Assembly: GCF_052425735.1 (NCBI RefSeq)
Contig: NC_135760.1
Coordinates: 8,246,001 to 8,310,000, forward strand
Length of the DNA stretch: 64,000 nucleotides
Source: Oculina patagonica
Taxonomy: Eukaryota
Direction: 5' to 3'
Made by a program: the position numbers and the translations under genes. The notes beneath the pieces were generated by a model. It was not told the origin of the DNA, did not search any database, and saw nothing but the letters and a program-made list of their open reading frames with translations. Of this stretch, positions 13,476-29,768 are shown piece after piece (the stretch's first letter is position 1; every line of letters begins with the position of its first letter).

Positions 13476-14394
13476 GATGGTCCATTTAATTAATACCATT
13501 TCTATCTTTTATCAGGAAATCTATTCTTATTGGTGATAAGGAACTTTTATTCATACCCTACGGCTGTAAACAAGGCTATGAACTTAAAATGGCCCTTTTA
13601 ACATCGGAAAAGGGTAAATAAGAGTGTAATTTGTCTTCGGAACAAAACTCTTACTAGAAATTTATTGTCAACTTTGAAATGAACCGTAGCATATTTCCTG
13701 TATCTACGCTATTTAATGCACGATTTCGTAATATCGGACCTGGTTAAAATGTCGGCGCAATATGCATACCTTTACAAGTGTTCAGTTTATTCATTTTTGT
13801 CTGTCGATTTAAGCCAAACATTCACTTCCACTCCTAATGGCAAGGGAAATGATCTCTATGGGAAAACTTTTGGCCAGGGCTGCGTTTCCTATTTTTTGTT
13901 TTAGCGCATTTTACATTATTTTAAAATATCAGCGATGCTATGTTTGTTTCAGCACATTTCGCATTTGTTAAAAATATTGTAAGGCTATAAATAACGCTTG
14001 GAGATATTGGACTTTAAGTCGTGATACTTGTGTGATTGCAAACACGCTAAAAATGTGGGAAATGAGGGGTATTGATGTGATGGAAAGGGTGCTGGCTAAA
14101 AACAAGTACGAGAAACTAAAATTATATTTTAGATCGACTACCGTGCACTTCCGAAAAACGACCTTTCCCCTTCGTGCCAAATCACTAGTAATTAAATACA
14201 ACTGCCATCGTTAATATCCCCCGCCCACAGAAGTGGACGCCAATTTAGGTCCCCTTTCGTACACTTTCATGAATGTCCCTTCACGCCACAACCCATACAC
14301 TACAAGAAAAAGAGGGTCATTTAACAGCTCTCGCAAGATCACACATGAATTGCCCGCTACCCTTCGAGAAAACAATAGAACAAACAACAGGAAC

Positions 14395-14545
14395 AATGCC
14401 CCTAGCCCAAAAAACAATAGCCTGCAAGGTGTCACATGAATGGCTCGCTACTTAAACATCAGGAAAAATGCCCCTAGCACCCCAAAAATAGCCTGCAAGG
14501 TGTCACATGAATGGCTCGCTACTTAAACATCAGGAAAAATGCCCC
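14395..14545. repeat. Short ~72-bp tandem duplication
   Basis: tagcctgcaaggtgtcacatgaatggctcgctacttaaacatcaggaaaaatgccc appears twice. Confidence 0.85.
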
Positions 14546-15346
14546 TGGCCCCAGAAAAGGAAAGAAAAGGAAAAGGAACCAACATCCCCTCGTTGCTACG
14601 CCCACTCTAACCCCTGTACCTTTGCTTCAAATATCAGTCCATGGTCTTACATTATAAGCTCTGATTTAAAACTAGTCATAATAGATTTTCATTCGATAAT
14701 GAGCCTTGGAGAATTCGAAGAGCTTTCATAGCTCAGTTGGTTTGATTTTTGAGAAAAAGCCTGTCCATACACGAGCCTGTTTACGATTCTTTGTTATCCA
14801 TTGTCACTACATCGAACAATACGAGTTTAAAGACAACACACGTTATATCACATCTTTTATTTATCCACCTGTATTATGCCTATATACTACTTGTACAAGA
14901 GTTTGTTCAACACCCACATGACAACATGCTGTTTTATTTAACAACACTAGATTTCAAGCTGAAACTACTGAACCTGTTATAAAAAAAATCCACGTCTTTT
15001 CCAACCGGTCAACAAGCTGATAGCCTCGCAGTTTCACAATAACGCAGTACTCAACTCAAACTTTTTCAAGCTTTTAGCTGAGAGTAGTAGTTCTTGTGCG
15101 TCTTTATTAAAAGCTAATATCATGAATAAACGTTACCGTCTTTGTTTGTTTTTTTTTCTCACGAACATTTACTTTGCTAGACCTTTGAATCCTATGAGAG
15201 TTGTCGTTTACCTAACCCAGGAGCAGACGGATGTACATTTAAATTTATCATTGTATCAAAACATTACAGATATACTTATTGAGAAAAAAATTGCTATAAA
15301 TGTGATGGTGTTTACTTCCAAGTTAAATTGTTCTGGCTTATTTCCT

Positions 15347-18300
15347 TTAGCTGCAACTTCCACATCTCGCTAGTTTGTCTTCCATTCCTGGTTCTGAGGA
15401 TGAAAGGAGAGAAAAAGAAAAAAACTTGTGAATAGTGCTCGCTTCCATAATTAAACATCTTCAAATGCTTCCCTTCTTCACAGATATACTATCCATTTAT
15501 TTTAAAGAGGGTCTATGCGGAACCAGTTAAACCTGTCTTGCAGAACTCATTTTGCGTGTTATTTGTATTACACGAAGCAACGTTGGATAATAAGGTGTCT
15601 GTATTTCATTGGGCAGAATTAACGAATTAATTAATTTACCCATTTTTTCCCAAAGACATTAAAGGAGCTATGTAGCAGATTTTAATTGGTCTAAACTGTT
15701 CTGAAATTAGTGGTAGGCAACTAACCCATAAGAAAAATTATCTTTGAACATCTAAAGGAAGATATAATCTTGATTTGTGAATAGAAATCAACCTACGGCA
15801 ATAAATATCGATTTCTTGGTGACGCGCGAAAACGTTAGCCTAACTTTTTAAAGTTGCAATATTTACTCACCTTCTTTCCACAAGTTTAAGTCGATGGACG
15901 GAATATCATCACAGTGAACCACATTTAAAGTATCTTCAAACACATTCGGTTGAATTTCCTTCACGTTATCTGAATTGTCACAGATGAGTTTCGCCAGAGA
16001 GCTTCCCTGTCTGATCGAGTCTAGCTGCTCCAAGGTGAAGCCTGTGGTCGGGTCGTTTCGCTCGTACCAGAATCGATCACCCACGCGGTACCTCTGGAAC
16101 GTTCTGGCAATGATGCAGGTGAAGGTCTGTCCCAAGATAGACCCAGCTTGAGGATTCTCGCTAACACCTCCAACATAAAGGTCCACATCCGGAAGAAATG
16201 CGTCAATGTTATTGACATCTTGGACGTACGCCTTTTTGATCCTTGCCAGCTGGTTTAGGTCGATATCATTGAGATCTGCAAACGTGTTAGCAACGCCACC
16301 ACCACAGGCCGCTCGAAAATCTATGTAGGGTGGTAGGCCATGATCCCGACCACGCTGGATGTTAATTGCCAGGAGATCTCCCTGGGTACCATCACCAGGG
16401 CCTGGCATTATTAGGCTCTCGTGAATAGCTTCGGCAAAGTTCCTATACACACGAAAAGGCAATTTGTTAGTGATGTTTACTCAGTTGTGCTCACAGGAGC
16501 TCAACCAACGTCACCTTATCGGGAAGTTTAAGTTTACCCGAACGCAATCCATTTTAATCTTCTCTAATTTTGCCCATCCATGCCCCTTTTTGGCCTTACT
16601 GTGTTTTTTTTTATTTCTTCTACCGTTTTAAGCCATTATTGTGAAATTTCAGTTAATTCTATGAACAGCTGGTCAGTGCCGAAATTGCCTAAAATTGCGT
16701 GACATAGCCCCTTTAATGCTCCAGCATTCTTACCTGTCAAACAGCTGTGCTTGTTCTCTTACAAGCCCCAAATGTAGACCATCGATTCCATTGTTTTCAA
16801 GTTTGTACAAAGCAGATGGATCAAAGAACCTCGTAACACTAACTTCTCCAAGTCGTATAAAATCTTTGCTGAACTGTCCAAAACTTTCCCGAATCAGGGA
16901 GTGACCCATCCTGAAGGCGGCTGCAGCCAACGAGTTGAACGTCGTTGCGTCCCCGTTTGGATCGTAGCCGTTAAAAAATTGGCCTGCTGGCTCCAACAAA
17001 ATGCCGTTTTGTCGTCTCTGAAAAGCAGAAAAAGAAATAATCAATTTGCTGTCGTTTGTGTGCTTGTCGTTGCTGCTACTGTGTTTGTTAATACGAGCTC
17101 AATAATGAACTACGTCGCTTCTCGTTATATCTTACATCTATTTCCTTTAAAAAATACAAATTATAATATAACTACCACAGCCGCGCAATCAAATGCAGTA
17201 TACATAAGCGTGCACCATAATCCAATACTGCACGCTCTGGCGTGAGCAAAACGCTTAGAAAATTTTTCATCGGCAATGATATATAACAATCAGTCGGTGC
17301 GCGCTAAAACATGAATTAATTGTAATAAGGGGTTGATCAGGTAAAAAAAAAAACCAGCATTTTGGCTTAACATTTTGGTAAAAGGTAATTAGAAATTTGT
17401 TGTCTGTTTACAGACCCTCTATTTTCTCTAAGTTAGACAAGAACTTCAAACAAAATTAAAAGAACGCGTGAACGCAAGTGGGTGGGGATAAAATTTGGTT
17501 CTTACCAATTCTTCACTAAAGAACAATGTTGGCAGCCATTCGTTGTACGTAATGTGCTGAAGGTGCGCAATCACGATTTTTCGCGCTTCTTGGAAGATTC
17601 TTTCGTCGTGCCATGTTGGATTGAGATTATGAAGAAAATGTGCGATTCGGTTGTGCTCTCGCGTAATAAGGATGTGGAGGGTCATCAGCGCTGTTGACAA
17701 ATGAGAACGAGGTTCTTTAGAGATTATATCATTACCATTTAGACATTATTGATAATGTTTCGTAGTGCAAATTGACTGCGTGGAGTACAATTCAGAAAAA
17801 GAACAGGACGAATGATTTTAAATTATGAGCACAATTACTTTCTGAATTACACGAGGTCGAGGGCTTATTACCAATTATCATTCCGACATCAAATCTCAAG
17901 GTAACAAGTCTTTGAGAATCTTTATAAAGTGGGGGATATATTCTGTCAGTTTTGTAGCAACAAAAAGGAGTACATTTCAAAGAACAGCGGCTTACGGCCC
18001 CTTTTCTATCCGGAACGTTTAAACTGCCATTTCAAGGATCTAACCAAAACATCATAACAATGTTTAAAAATCTAACTAACTATATAAACTCGAAAACTCA
18101 AGGCTTAATAATTATTATTGTGCTTTTGCTTTTTACATTGAAACGATTGATTTTTAAAAGGCATAACTGTTTGATAATGCTAAAGCTATACCAGGATTAA
18201 AAGTTTTCAGTTAGCAAATTAAAGTACACATACTTGGGTTTTCATTGTCTCTAAAATCGGCAAAGAGAAAACAAGGTTTAACTGAAGGCCTTGGAGATCT

Positions 18301-20266
18301 GCAAAACGTTCCTGGTTCAGCCGGAGGAGAAATTGGCATCCTATCGGAACGCGGTACTGGAAGCGGAACAACTCGTATCAATCCAATGTTTGACGTCTGG
18401 TCTCGAACAGTCTCCGCTTCTTGGCAATTGGCACCGTAGATATTAGAGCCGTCCATGTAGGACGAGACCAAGTTGATCTAAACGAAAGAAAATTACATGA
18501 GATTTTTTTTAGATGAATGACACTCACTACAAATAGTCCTTCTAGTCTTCCCAGTCCAAGCCTTTGTAACCAAACCATTTCTCTCTGTAATTGTATTATT
18601 AACTTATATGTTTCAATCTGGAAACATTCATTTTAAGCAAAGCACTCCAGCGCGTGCTTTCTAAGAAGGTGTTTATTAATAAGTTTTACGGCTTGTCTTA
18701 CTATGAAATCAGTCAATTTATCATAATTTAGTGAAAGTTTTATACTTTAAACTTTGTATGTTTATCCAATTTTCTCGCCATCAGCCAAGTTTGACAAGTT
18801 TGATGATTTTTTCACTCCTCGCAGTTTGTCAGAGCAATGAACAACGCCATCAAAAAAATGTCTGTACATTAGCGGTTGTTCAGCAGAATATGCTTTAATA
18901 AATTGGCAAATATCTTAGCCAGTTTTAAAGGGATAGTGTCAAGAGAAATCTTCTTAGTCTTCGTGTAAAATAGTTTAGAATTACGAGGATGCACTCGCTG
19001 TTAGGCAAAATCTGATTACCTTTGAATAGCAAAAGAAAAGGATGAAATCATTCTCCAAGATGTAAATAAAGTGCAATAAATGGTTTTCAAGATGTTTTCT
19101 TCCACGTACAACTGACAAACTTGAAAATGTCGGGCCGACGTTTTTAAGTTTAACGGTACTTTTTTCCTACAAGTCTGTACCCAAACCACGTTTCAACAAT
19201 TTTCAGGACTTGTAAAGTACGTTTAGCAAGGCAAGGTCATTATGAGTGGATTTACAATTCAAACCAACACCCTCATGGGATTTTCAAATTGCACTAAATA
19301 AAAAGAAATGGTTCACGAAAAACAAACCTGCTCGCCATCTCTCTGTGTAGATCGTGAGAGAGGAATGCATTGTACATTTAGATTAGTTGTTAACCGGTCG
19401 TCGGGGTTTGCCTGCGAGATTGGGATACCGATACATCCTGGGTTGTTAGTGGGACATGGTTCATTGTTGGTTCCACATCCTTGGGTCATGTTGGATGCGG
19501 TCAGTGTGAAGTCGTGGTCGATGAAAGAACCCCACGCCATGGTCATGTGAGTGAAGTTGGGAGCCGCGCCCGCGTTCTCGGAGGTGCTCAGGAACACGAT
19601 GTTGCTGATTGTTCTTGCATTCTCCAGCAGCAACGGTTCAACTACAGACGCAATCCTTGGTCCCTGTCCGTTTTGGAAGGCTGGTGGAACGAAACGGACA
19701 AACGTTGATTCGGCAGATCCCTGTGCTATGTTGCACAAGTTGTTGCATGTGCCGTCAAATGTGCGATACATGCGTTTGAAGCATGCTAGTCTCTGCTTAA
19801 GTGGATCACAGTTTGCCTGGTTAAGCGTGTCCAAGACTAGTTGGCCAGAACTTGCAGAAGAAGACACTTGGTGCACTTCATATGCACTGGCAATGAGTAG
19901 AACTCCAAGAAGGAAGCTAAATAAAAGAAAACAATTATCTTAGACATTGTTTTAATCTGAGCACATGCCAGTTGGTTCGAGAGTAACCCTTATTTTTCTT
20001 ATCGCTTCCTGCGTCTCGATAATTCAAACGCAAAGCACGATATCTCAAACATTCTTCGACCGGAGCATATAAAAACAACATAAAAATTTCTGGTAGTAAT
20101 TTGTAAGCAGTTTTTCCTTCTCAGAGGGACCTCTAGCACTTGGGATATAGAAAACAGAAGAAGCACCATGTACTGAAATACCTTTACTTTTTCAAACGGT
20201 TCAAGTTCCATAGAAAAAATAAACTGCAAATTATAATTAATTTTAAATTTACCTTAAACACTGCAT
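15347..20266 (-). CDS. Secreted animal heme peroxidase, paralog B, about 644 aa, distal Gln replaced by Ser
   Basis: Seven coding exons: 20266-20253, 19916-19328, 18477-18234, 17690-17506, 17017-16734, 16442-15871, 15393-15347 (1935 nt), with the same intron positions and phases as paralog A. Signal peptide [16 protein letters not shown]. Motifs [68 protein letters not shown]. Ends ...ARCGSCS*. Confidence 0.95.
15659..15860. mobile_element. Kolobok-like element, left half
   Basis: TTAA-aggagctatgt..., colinear with the first half of the complete copy at 49735-50117. Confidence 0.7.
16543..16716. mobile_element. Kolobok-like element, right half
   Basis: cgcaatccattttaatcttc...cgtgacatagcccct-TTAA, colinear with the second half of the copy at 43342-43723. 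Confidence 0.65.
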
Positions 20267-22903
20267 TTTTCTCTCGACAATGCTACGTTCTACACTGTTG
20301 ACATAAAAAGACAAGTAAGGCTTTAAAAATTGTAACTAATAATCTTCTACACTATTCAGTTTCAGGTTAGCATGCATGGGAATTAGATATTAAGCTTAAT
20401 TTTGATAAGCTTAGAAATGACGACGTTCTTATCAAAACTCTTAGTCCGAAGAAACATTTAATAAGTACATTAAACAAGGCAAATTGATTTCATTGTGTTT
20501 CATTCAAGTTACAGCAACCCAGAAAAGTAACTTTTTTGCATGGGGGCAAGTACACTCTTTAAACGAAGACGCATTTCACTTATTCTATAGTGAGAATATT
20601 ACATAGAACAAAACGCAAAAATAGCTGAAAGTTTTCTTTAAAAGCCAAGAGAAATTTGTAAACCACTTTTTAAGTGCGTTTTTGCTGGAATTTCACGATT
20701 TAAACTAGGGTTCGCACATAAACGAGAATGACTACAAAAGGACAAGTCGACGGTGAAAATAATTTGTTAGTTAACGCGGCCAGCGGATATAGGAAAAATC
20801 CCGAAAGAGACCTCAACAGGAAAAAAGAAGGTTACCTGCTTCTTCAAACTGTGTACGTGAGTTGAAAACCCTTGCCAGATCTTAACAACTCGGTCAACTT
20901 CCAATCCTTGAGTTTCCCTCTAAAGAACTGACTACTTGTTGTGGTTCAGGATGGGTCGACCAAGTTTCTTTTATGCTAGCTAAGCGCTCATTAGTTCCTT
21001 GCTATGTGGCAAAAAATTGTGCCTTGTCACGACAAATAAGCACTACAAACAAAGCACTTTAGATAAGTGTTGAAGCAAATATCTTAGTGGTAATGACTTA
21101 ATTCGCGATTTCTATGAACAGGAACTTCGCGGGCGCCGTTGTACTGGGAAATACGCACGGTGGTTCTAGGACATTTATAACTGTCGTGTTTATGAGTTGT
21201 TTCCGTTGGATCAAACGTAACCGATAACGGTTCGATGGAAACGCAGATATAGCTAGCGTCATGGTAATATTTAATTTAAACGACGTCTGTTCGGTCAAAA
21301 GGATATATAAGTAGAGTACGTACTTTAACTTTGTACCGGATTTGTTAACGTGCATTGAAAGTTTTGCTTAACTGACCGTATCTTAAAGAAGCAGTGTCAC
21401 TGATATTTGAAGCCATTTTTCTGATTACTTCCAAATTGAAGGAAACCTCAAAATAATAGTTTTATAATGTAGAAAATGACAAAGGAGTAATAAAAACGCG
21501 AAAATAACCAAGGATGGTTTCGACTGACGAAGATTAAGAGAGATCACGAACAACAAACTTGAAAAAACTTGCCAGGTTTTTCAAGATACGTTCTCCTTGA
21601 CGTAGTTCCTTTAATACGACACGCAACGTCGCAAAGTCAGTACTTATCAACCAAAACTGAATATATTGAGCGTTTCAGTATTTTTTAAACTATAATTGAA
21701 GCCCGACTTAGCACTTCTTTTCTTTTCTTGTTTAATGTGGATATTAAATCCAGTCTACAAAGCTGCAATATCCAGCAATAGAGAAATGATATTGAAAAGA
21801 GTCTCACCCTCTCGACATTATCTGAAGCTGTTTGTATTTGACTGCAAACAAACTAATAATTGACTATTGAGACAAACAAGCAGTGAAACTTTAGTTAGTT
21901 TGAAACCTTGTAAGCTTTTAAAGTAAAAACACAAACACAAACACCAATAATTTTATCTTCCTTACTAAAATTTTTGAAAGGTTCATGAAACACACAAACA
22001 AATACAGTTCATCTTATTGCTCCTTGTACCTTGACGTCAAGAAATATAATAAACATAATATTATAACAATAACAAGTTACATTGCGTAACCTATACACCT
22101 TCGGTAATCAGGCGTAAGCTAAACAGGTAGATAATATTGAATGGTGGTCTTTAATTTTCTAACACCTCAAAATATCAGTTCAAAATGATCGGGGATTGTG
22201 TGAGTTTTCTAGGCATATTCTTGTTGTATACTAAGACTTGATGTGGTACCAGAAGAACATAATACATAATCTAGATTATGTACTTCTGGTGGTACATTTG
22301 GTAAGCATATTCACGCAAACGTTACTCAGTAAGAACTTTAACAAAATTTTTGAGAAGGTTTTGTGCCAATATCTGAATTAAAGTCAAGGTTATTAACATC
22401 AAATCATACTTTTAGAGCCAACGAAAACAGTATTCGAGAAATTTATGCAGTGAGTCAGCTGAAGTGAGTCAGCTTAATCAAGTATATTTCCTACACACTC
22501 AGCAGACAGGCGTTCTGCATAATAACATATTTTAGATAATGGGAAATTACGAAATCACAAAACGTCTGTACTGATATTAGCTTTTCTGTTCAAGTGATTT
22601 TGGACCAATATTCAAAAACAATGTCTTCCACAATTTTATAACGATATGGTCATCTGTCGCAAGACTATAAAGTGCTACCCTCGTACAAGACAATTTATTT
22701 TATGTAACACATCAAAAAAATGATAAATAAAAGTGAAACGCAAGGGAACGCTATTTGTTTCCGCAAAGTTATGGTAAGAAAAGTTTCGTGAAACTCTAGC
22801 TGGAAATTGAGAGGCTGTGGCATTTTTTGGGGGGACGGGGGGACATATACCTTCTTCGCTGTAGTTAATGAATTTTAAACGATTATCAAATCTGACATGA
22901 ATA

Positions 22904-23237
22904 CCGTAAAATTCCGGTTATAAGCCCCCCCCCCCCCCCCCGCTTATAAGCCCTCCCGGTTATAGGCCCATCTACCTGGAAACAAAAAAATACAGCCGAT
23001 TATAAGCCCCCCCCCCCTCTCTCTACTAGATGGCAGTACTGAACAGGGCTAAATGTTGCTTTATTATGCGTTTTTAACAAAAACAGTATTTCGATCAACA
23101 CTCCTTTGGCTCGTTTCGAAACGTTTATTTTATTCCACTTATAAGCCCTCCCAGATATAAGTCCCTCCGCTTATAAGCCCACCCAAAACCTCTTACGAAG
23201 TTGTATAAGCCCAGGGCTTATAACCGGAATTCTACGG
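22904..23237. mobile_element. Tc1/mariner (pogo-like) MITE
   Basis: TIRs ccgtaaaattccggttataagccc / gggcttataaccggaattctacgg with TA on both sides; internal tataagccc subrepeats. Confidence 0.85.
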
Positions 23238-23860
23238 TATATGAAATTCATATATTTGTACTGCGGACATACATAGAGATATACATAGAGCGCTGCACTA
23301 GTATCGCAGAGGTCATGGGTTCGATTCCCGTTCAAGCCTTAAAATTGGTATGCGCTCAAGAAAACCTAAGCAGGTCAAATAAAATGGTGACGGATTACTC
23401 GTGCTGAACCAACTTTTTTGTGACAAGCCTTCATCCTTTGGTCAGCACCAAACGGTGAAACAAGGAAAACAAGTCGCCAAGAAATATATATATATATATA
23501 CTCGTGGAAGTTCGTGGATGATCAGTGATGCCCATTATGCTGATTCAGACAACGCAGAAAGAATTTCCAAAACAAAAAAATGGTCGCTCGGTGCGAGGGT
23601 TACAAGCCAGCATTGCTGCCATTAATTTGAACACCTAGATTGTACCTTCTCTCTTTTCTCTTCTTTTTTTGGAAATTAAAGGGGAAAAAATACTGATTTT
23701 CGAATTTGAAATCCTGTGTGAAGATGCGCGGTTTTTTTTATAAGAAGAAACTCCAAATACTTCTCCTTCGCCGTGTATAAATGAAATAGCGGTATGCACA
23801 CTAAGAAAAAATTACGTACGCTGGTCGTAATGTTGTGCTTTTTACCCGCACCTAGAAAAC

Positions 23861-24295
23861 ACTTCCACACTTGAGAAGTGTAGAACTAAGTAAAGAATGA
23901 AAGAGTAGAATAACTGGGAAAAGGTCGTTATAATATAATCCCCTGTTTGTCAGAGTATTATACAATTCCACACTTGAGAAATGTAGAACTACGTAAAGGA
24001 TGAAAGGGTAAAATAAGGGAGAAAAGGTCGTTATAATCCCTAGTTTGTCAGAGTATTCTACACTTCCACACTTGAGAAGTGTAGAACTAGGTAAAGAATG
24101 ACAAAAGTAGAATGAAAATCCCTAGTTTGGAAGTGTTTCTATACTTCTCCAGTATACATTAAAAAGTGTGGAACTAAGTAAAGAATGACAAGAATAGAAT
24201 AGTAGGCAAAAAGGTCGTTATAATCCCTTTAGTTTTTCAGTTTTCACTACTTCTATGCATTAGGAAGTGTGGAACTAGAATAAAGTGTAGAAACC
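23861..24295. repeat. Tandem repeat, ~80-105-bp units, about 4-5 copies
   Basis: cttccacacttgagaagtgtagaacta...gtaaagaatga recurs near 23862, 23966 and 24063, with weaker copies near 24143 and 24250. Confidence 0.85.
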
Positions 24296-24993
24296 CGGGA
24301 TTTCATGGCCATTGCGGACATATGTGCACGTCTACCCGTGTTTTGGCAACTCGCGTGATCAGAAAGAATAAGAGGTATACTGATAAGAGAAGCGTCGCGT
24401 GATAACCGAAATAACGGGTGCTAAGGAGACTAATGTACTCGTTCCGTGCATTAATTATACTCTACCGAGTGGAATGAGCTTATAATACTGAAATGATTTA
24501 ACTCTCAAAAGAAGATTGACATGCCTTCTAGCAATTTTAAATATGCATATGCTAATTCCAACAGTGGAAACTCAAAACACGTAGGAGAGGGGAACAAAAG
24601 CGAACTGAATTATCACGCTAGAGGATAACATTGATTATTAAAAACTAGCAATGGTATATAGCAATTCCTGAGTTTTGATTGGTTAACAGGCAATGGTATA
24701 TGAGCTCATATACCATTGACCACAAATATGGTAGCCGATACGCGTCAACGAAAACAGCTGGGGAGCTTACATATTGCAATTCTTTGGGCGTTTTTAATAA
24801 AACAATTATTCCGCTTTTAACATTTTAAAATATTAAATAATAATGACAAACAATTACGAAGACGATCTGTAAACATTTACTTGTTTACAGAAAAAAGCGA
24901 CGTAAATTTGGAACGTTTTTTCGAAAGAGTTAACTAAGGCAGAAACAACAACGAAGACAATTTCTCAAGTTCAATTTAATTTAAAAAAATAAA

Positions 24994-28400
<3,407 letters not shown>

Positions 28401-28830
28401 TGCTTAGGCCGCGATTTGATTTTTTAAGGTAAGGACTGTGAATATACACACAAACAGACAAACGCTTTCGCGGCCGCCATGTGCAATTTTTGCTGAGCCC
28501 GCGGTGCAAATACCCGCGGTTTACATTATAGGCACTTTTTTCTCCATATATCCTTAACAAAGTGTACCTGTACATGGAGAAAAAAGTGCCTATTACTCCA
28601 CGCGCGTACTCCTCCCACGCACCCACGAAAGCGTATCCTCGCGCGTGGGTCTATCAGTACTCCAGCACAGGCTGGAGTAAAATCAATGAAAATAGACCAT
28701 GCTTAATTTCCTTCGCTTCCTCGAGTCTGGCCTTCGTCCCCGCTAAGAAGGACAATGGCTGAGCCTTTTCACAGGCAGGTAGTTCTCCAAAAGACACCTA
28801 TATTTATCTTCACGAGCTGAGATCGAGAGA

Positions 28831-29303
28831 CCCGGGGGGGGGGGGGTGGGTACTCCCATAAATTTCGGATAGGGGTGTGCCGCCAAGGTTCTTAAACCCT
28901 GACCCTATTTAAGGATAAAGAAAGCGAAAATTGAAACCCTTTTTAAGGCCCAAAACCGAAAATGACACCCTATTCAAGGGGAGGAGAAGCGTTCCCTGAC
29001 GACCCAAATAACGGCTAACCGCGCACGGCAAGACACAAATCTTTATAAAATCGCTTTACTAATACCTGAACAAAAAATCCAGTTTTAAGAAACCTATTTT
29101 TTCGTTTAGCTGGGCGTTTATTTTAGCTAATAGAATTTAGGTACCCTATCTAAGGATTACACCGGGAACACATTGCCAAAAGGAGCAAAAATGATACCCT
29201 ATTTAAGGACCGAGAACCTCAAAAACCATACCCTATCGGGCGGCACATACCTATATAGGCCACATATGGGAGTACCCCCTCCCCCCCCACCCCCCCCCCC
29301 GGG
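28831..29303. mobile_element. MITE with CCCGGG(G)n-GTACTCCCATA TIRs in the divergent promoter region
   Basis: Inverted termini cccggggggg...gtactcccata / tatgggagtacccc...cccggg, flanked by a duplicated CGAGAGA (28824-28830, 29304-29310). Confidence 0.85.
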
Positions 29304-29768
29304 CGAGAGACTAGGAGCAAGATTTCCACCCGAAGTAACCTTATTTAGCGGAAGACATGCAGTCAGCAGAGTCAAGCATGTGACGAGTGACATCATTGTA
29401 ACGCGATCACCATCTTAAAAAATTAAATATTTACATTTGATACAGATGATGAGTCAACCATTTACTAGTGTTCTCACCAAAATCCCGGTACTTTTGGCAA
29501 ATTCCTTAATTTTTGTTTTTTTTTTCGCTAGACGACTGTAGACAGAATTTTACAAACATAAAATAACGGCCACCTTAAATACGATCCTTGCTGCTGTAAG
29601 AATTAAGAATTTACGGTTACGTAAAGATTTATACCCGATAACCTTGTTATGTCTTTATTTTGTAACTGAACACCGTTTAATTTATAGCTTTCTGTTTAAA
29701 ACCAAACAATGCCCCTCAGTGAAAACTAGCTTCAGTTCTGAGGAGAATTTCTCCGCCTCGCTTTTGCC

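Noticed and set aside
15347-15365. C-terminal CGSCS of peroxidase B as a prenylation signal
   Set aside because: It does not fit CaaX spacing, and the protein has a signal peptide.
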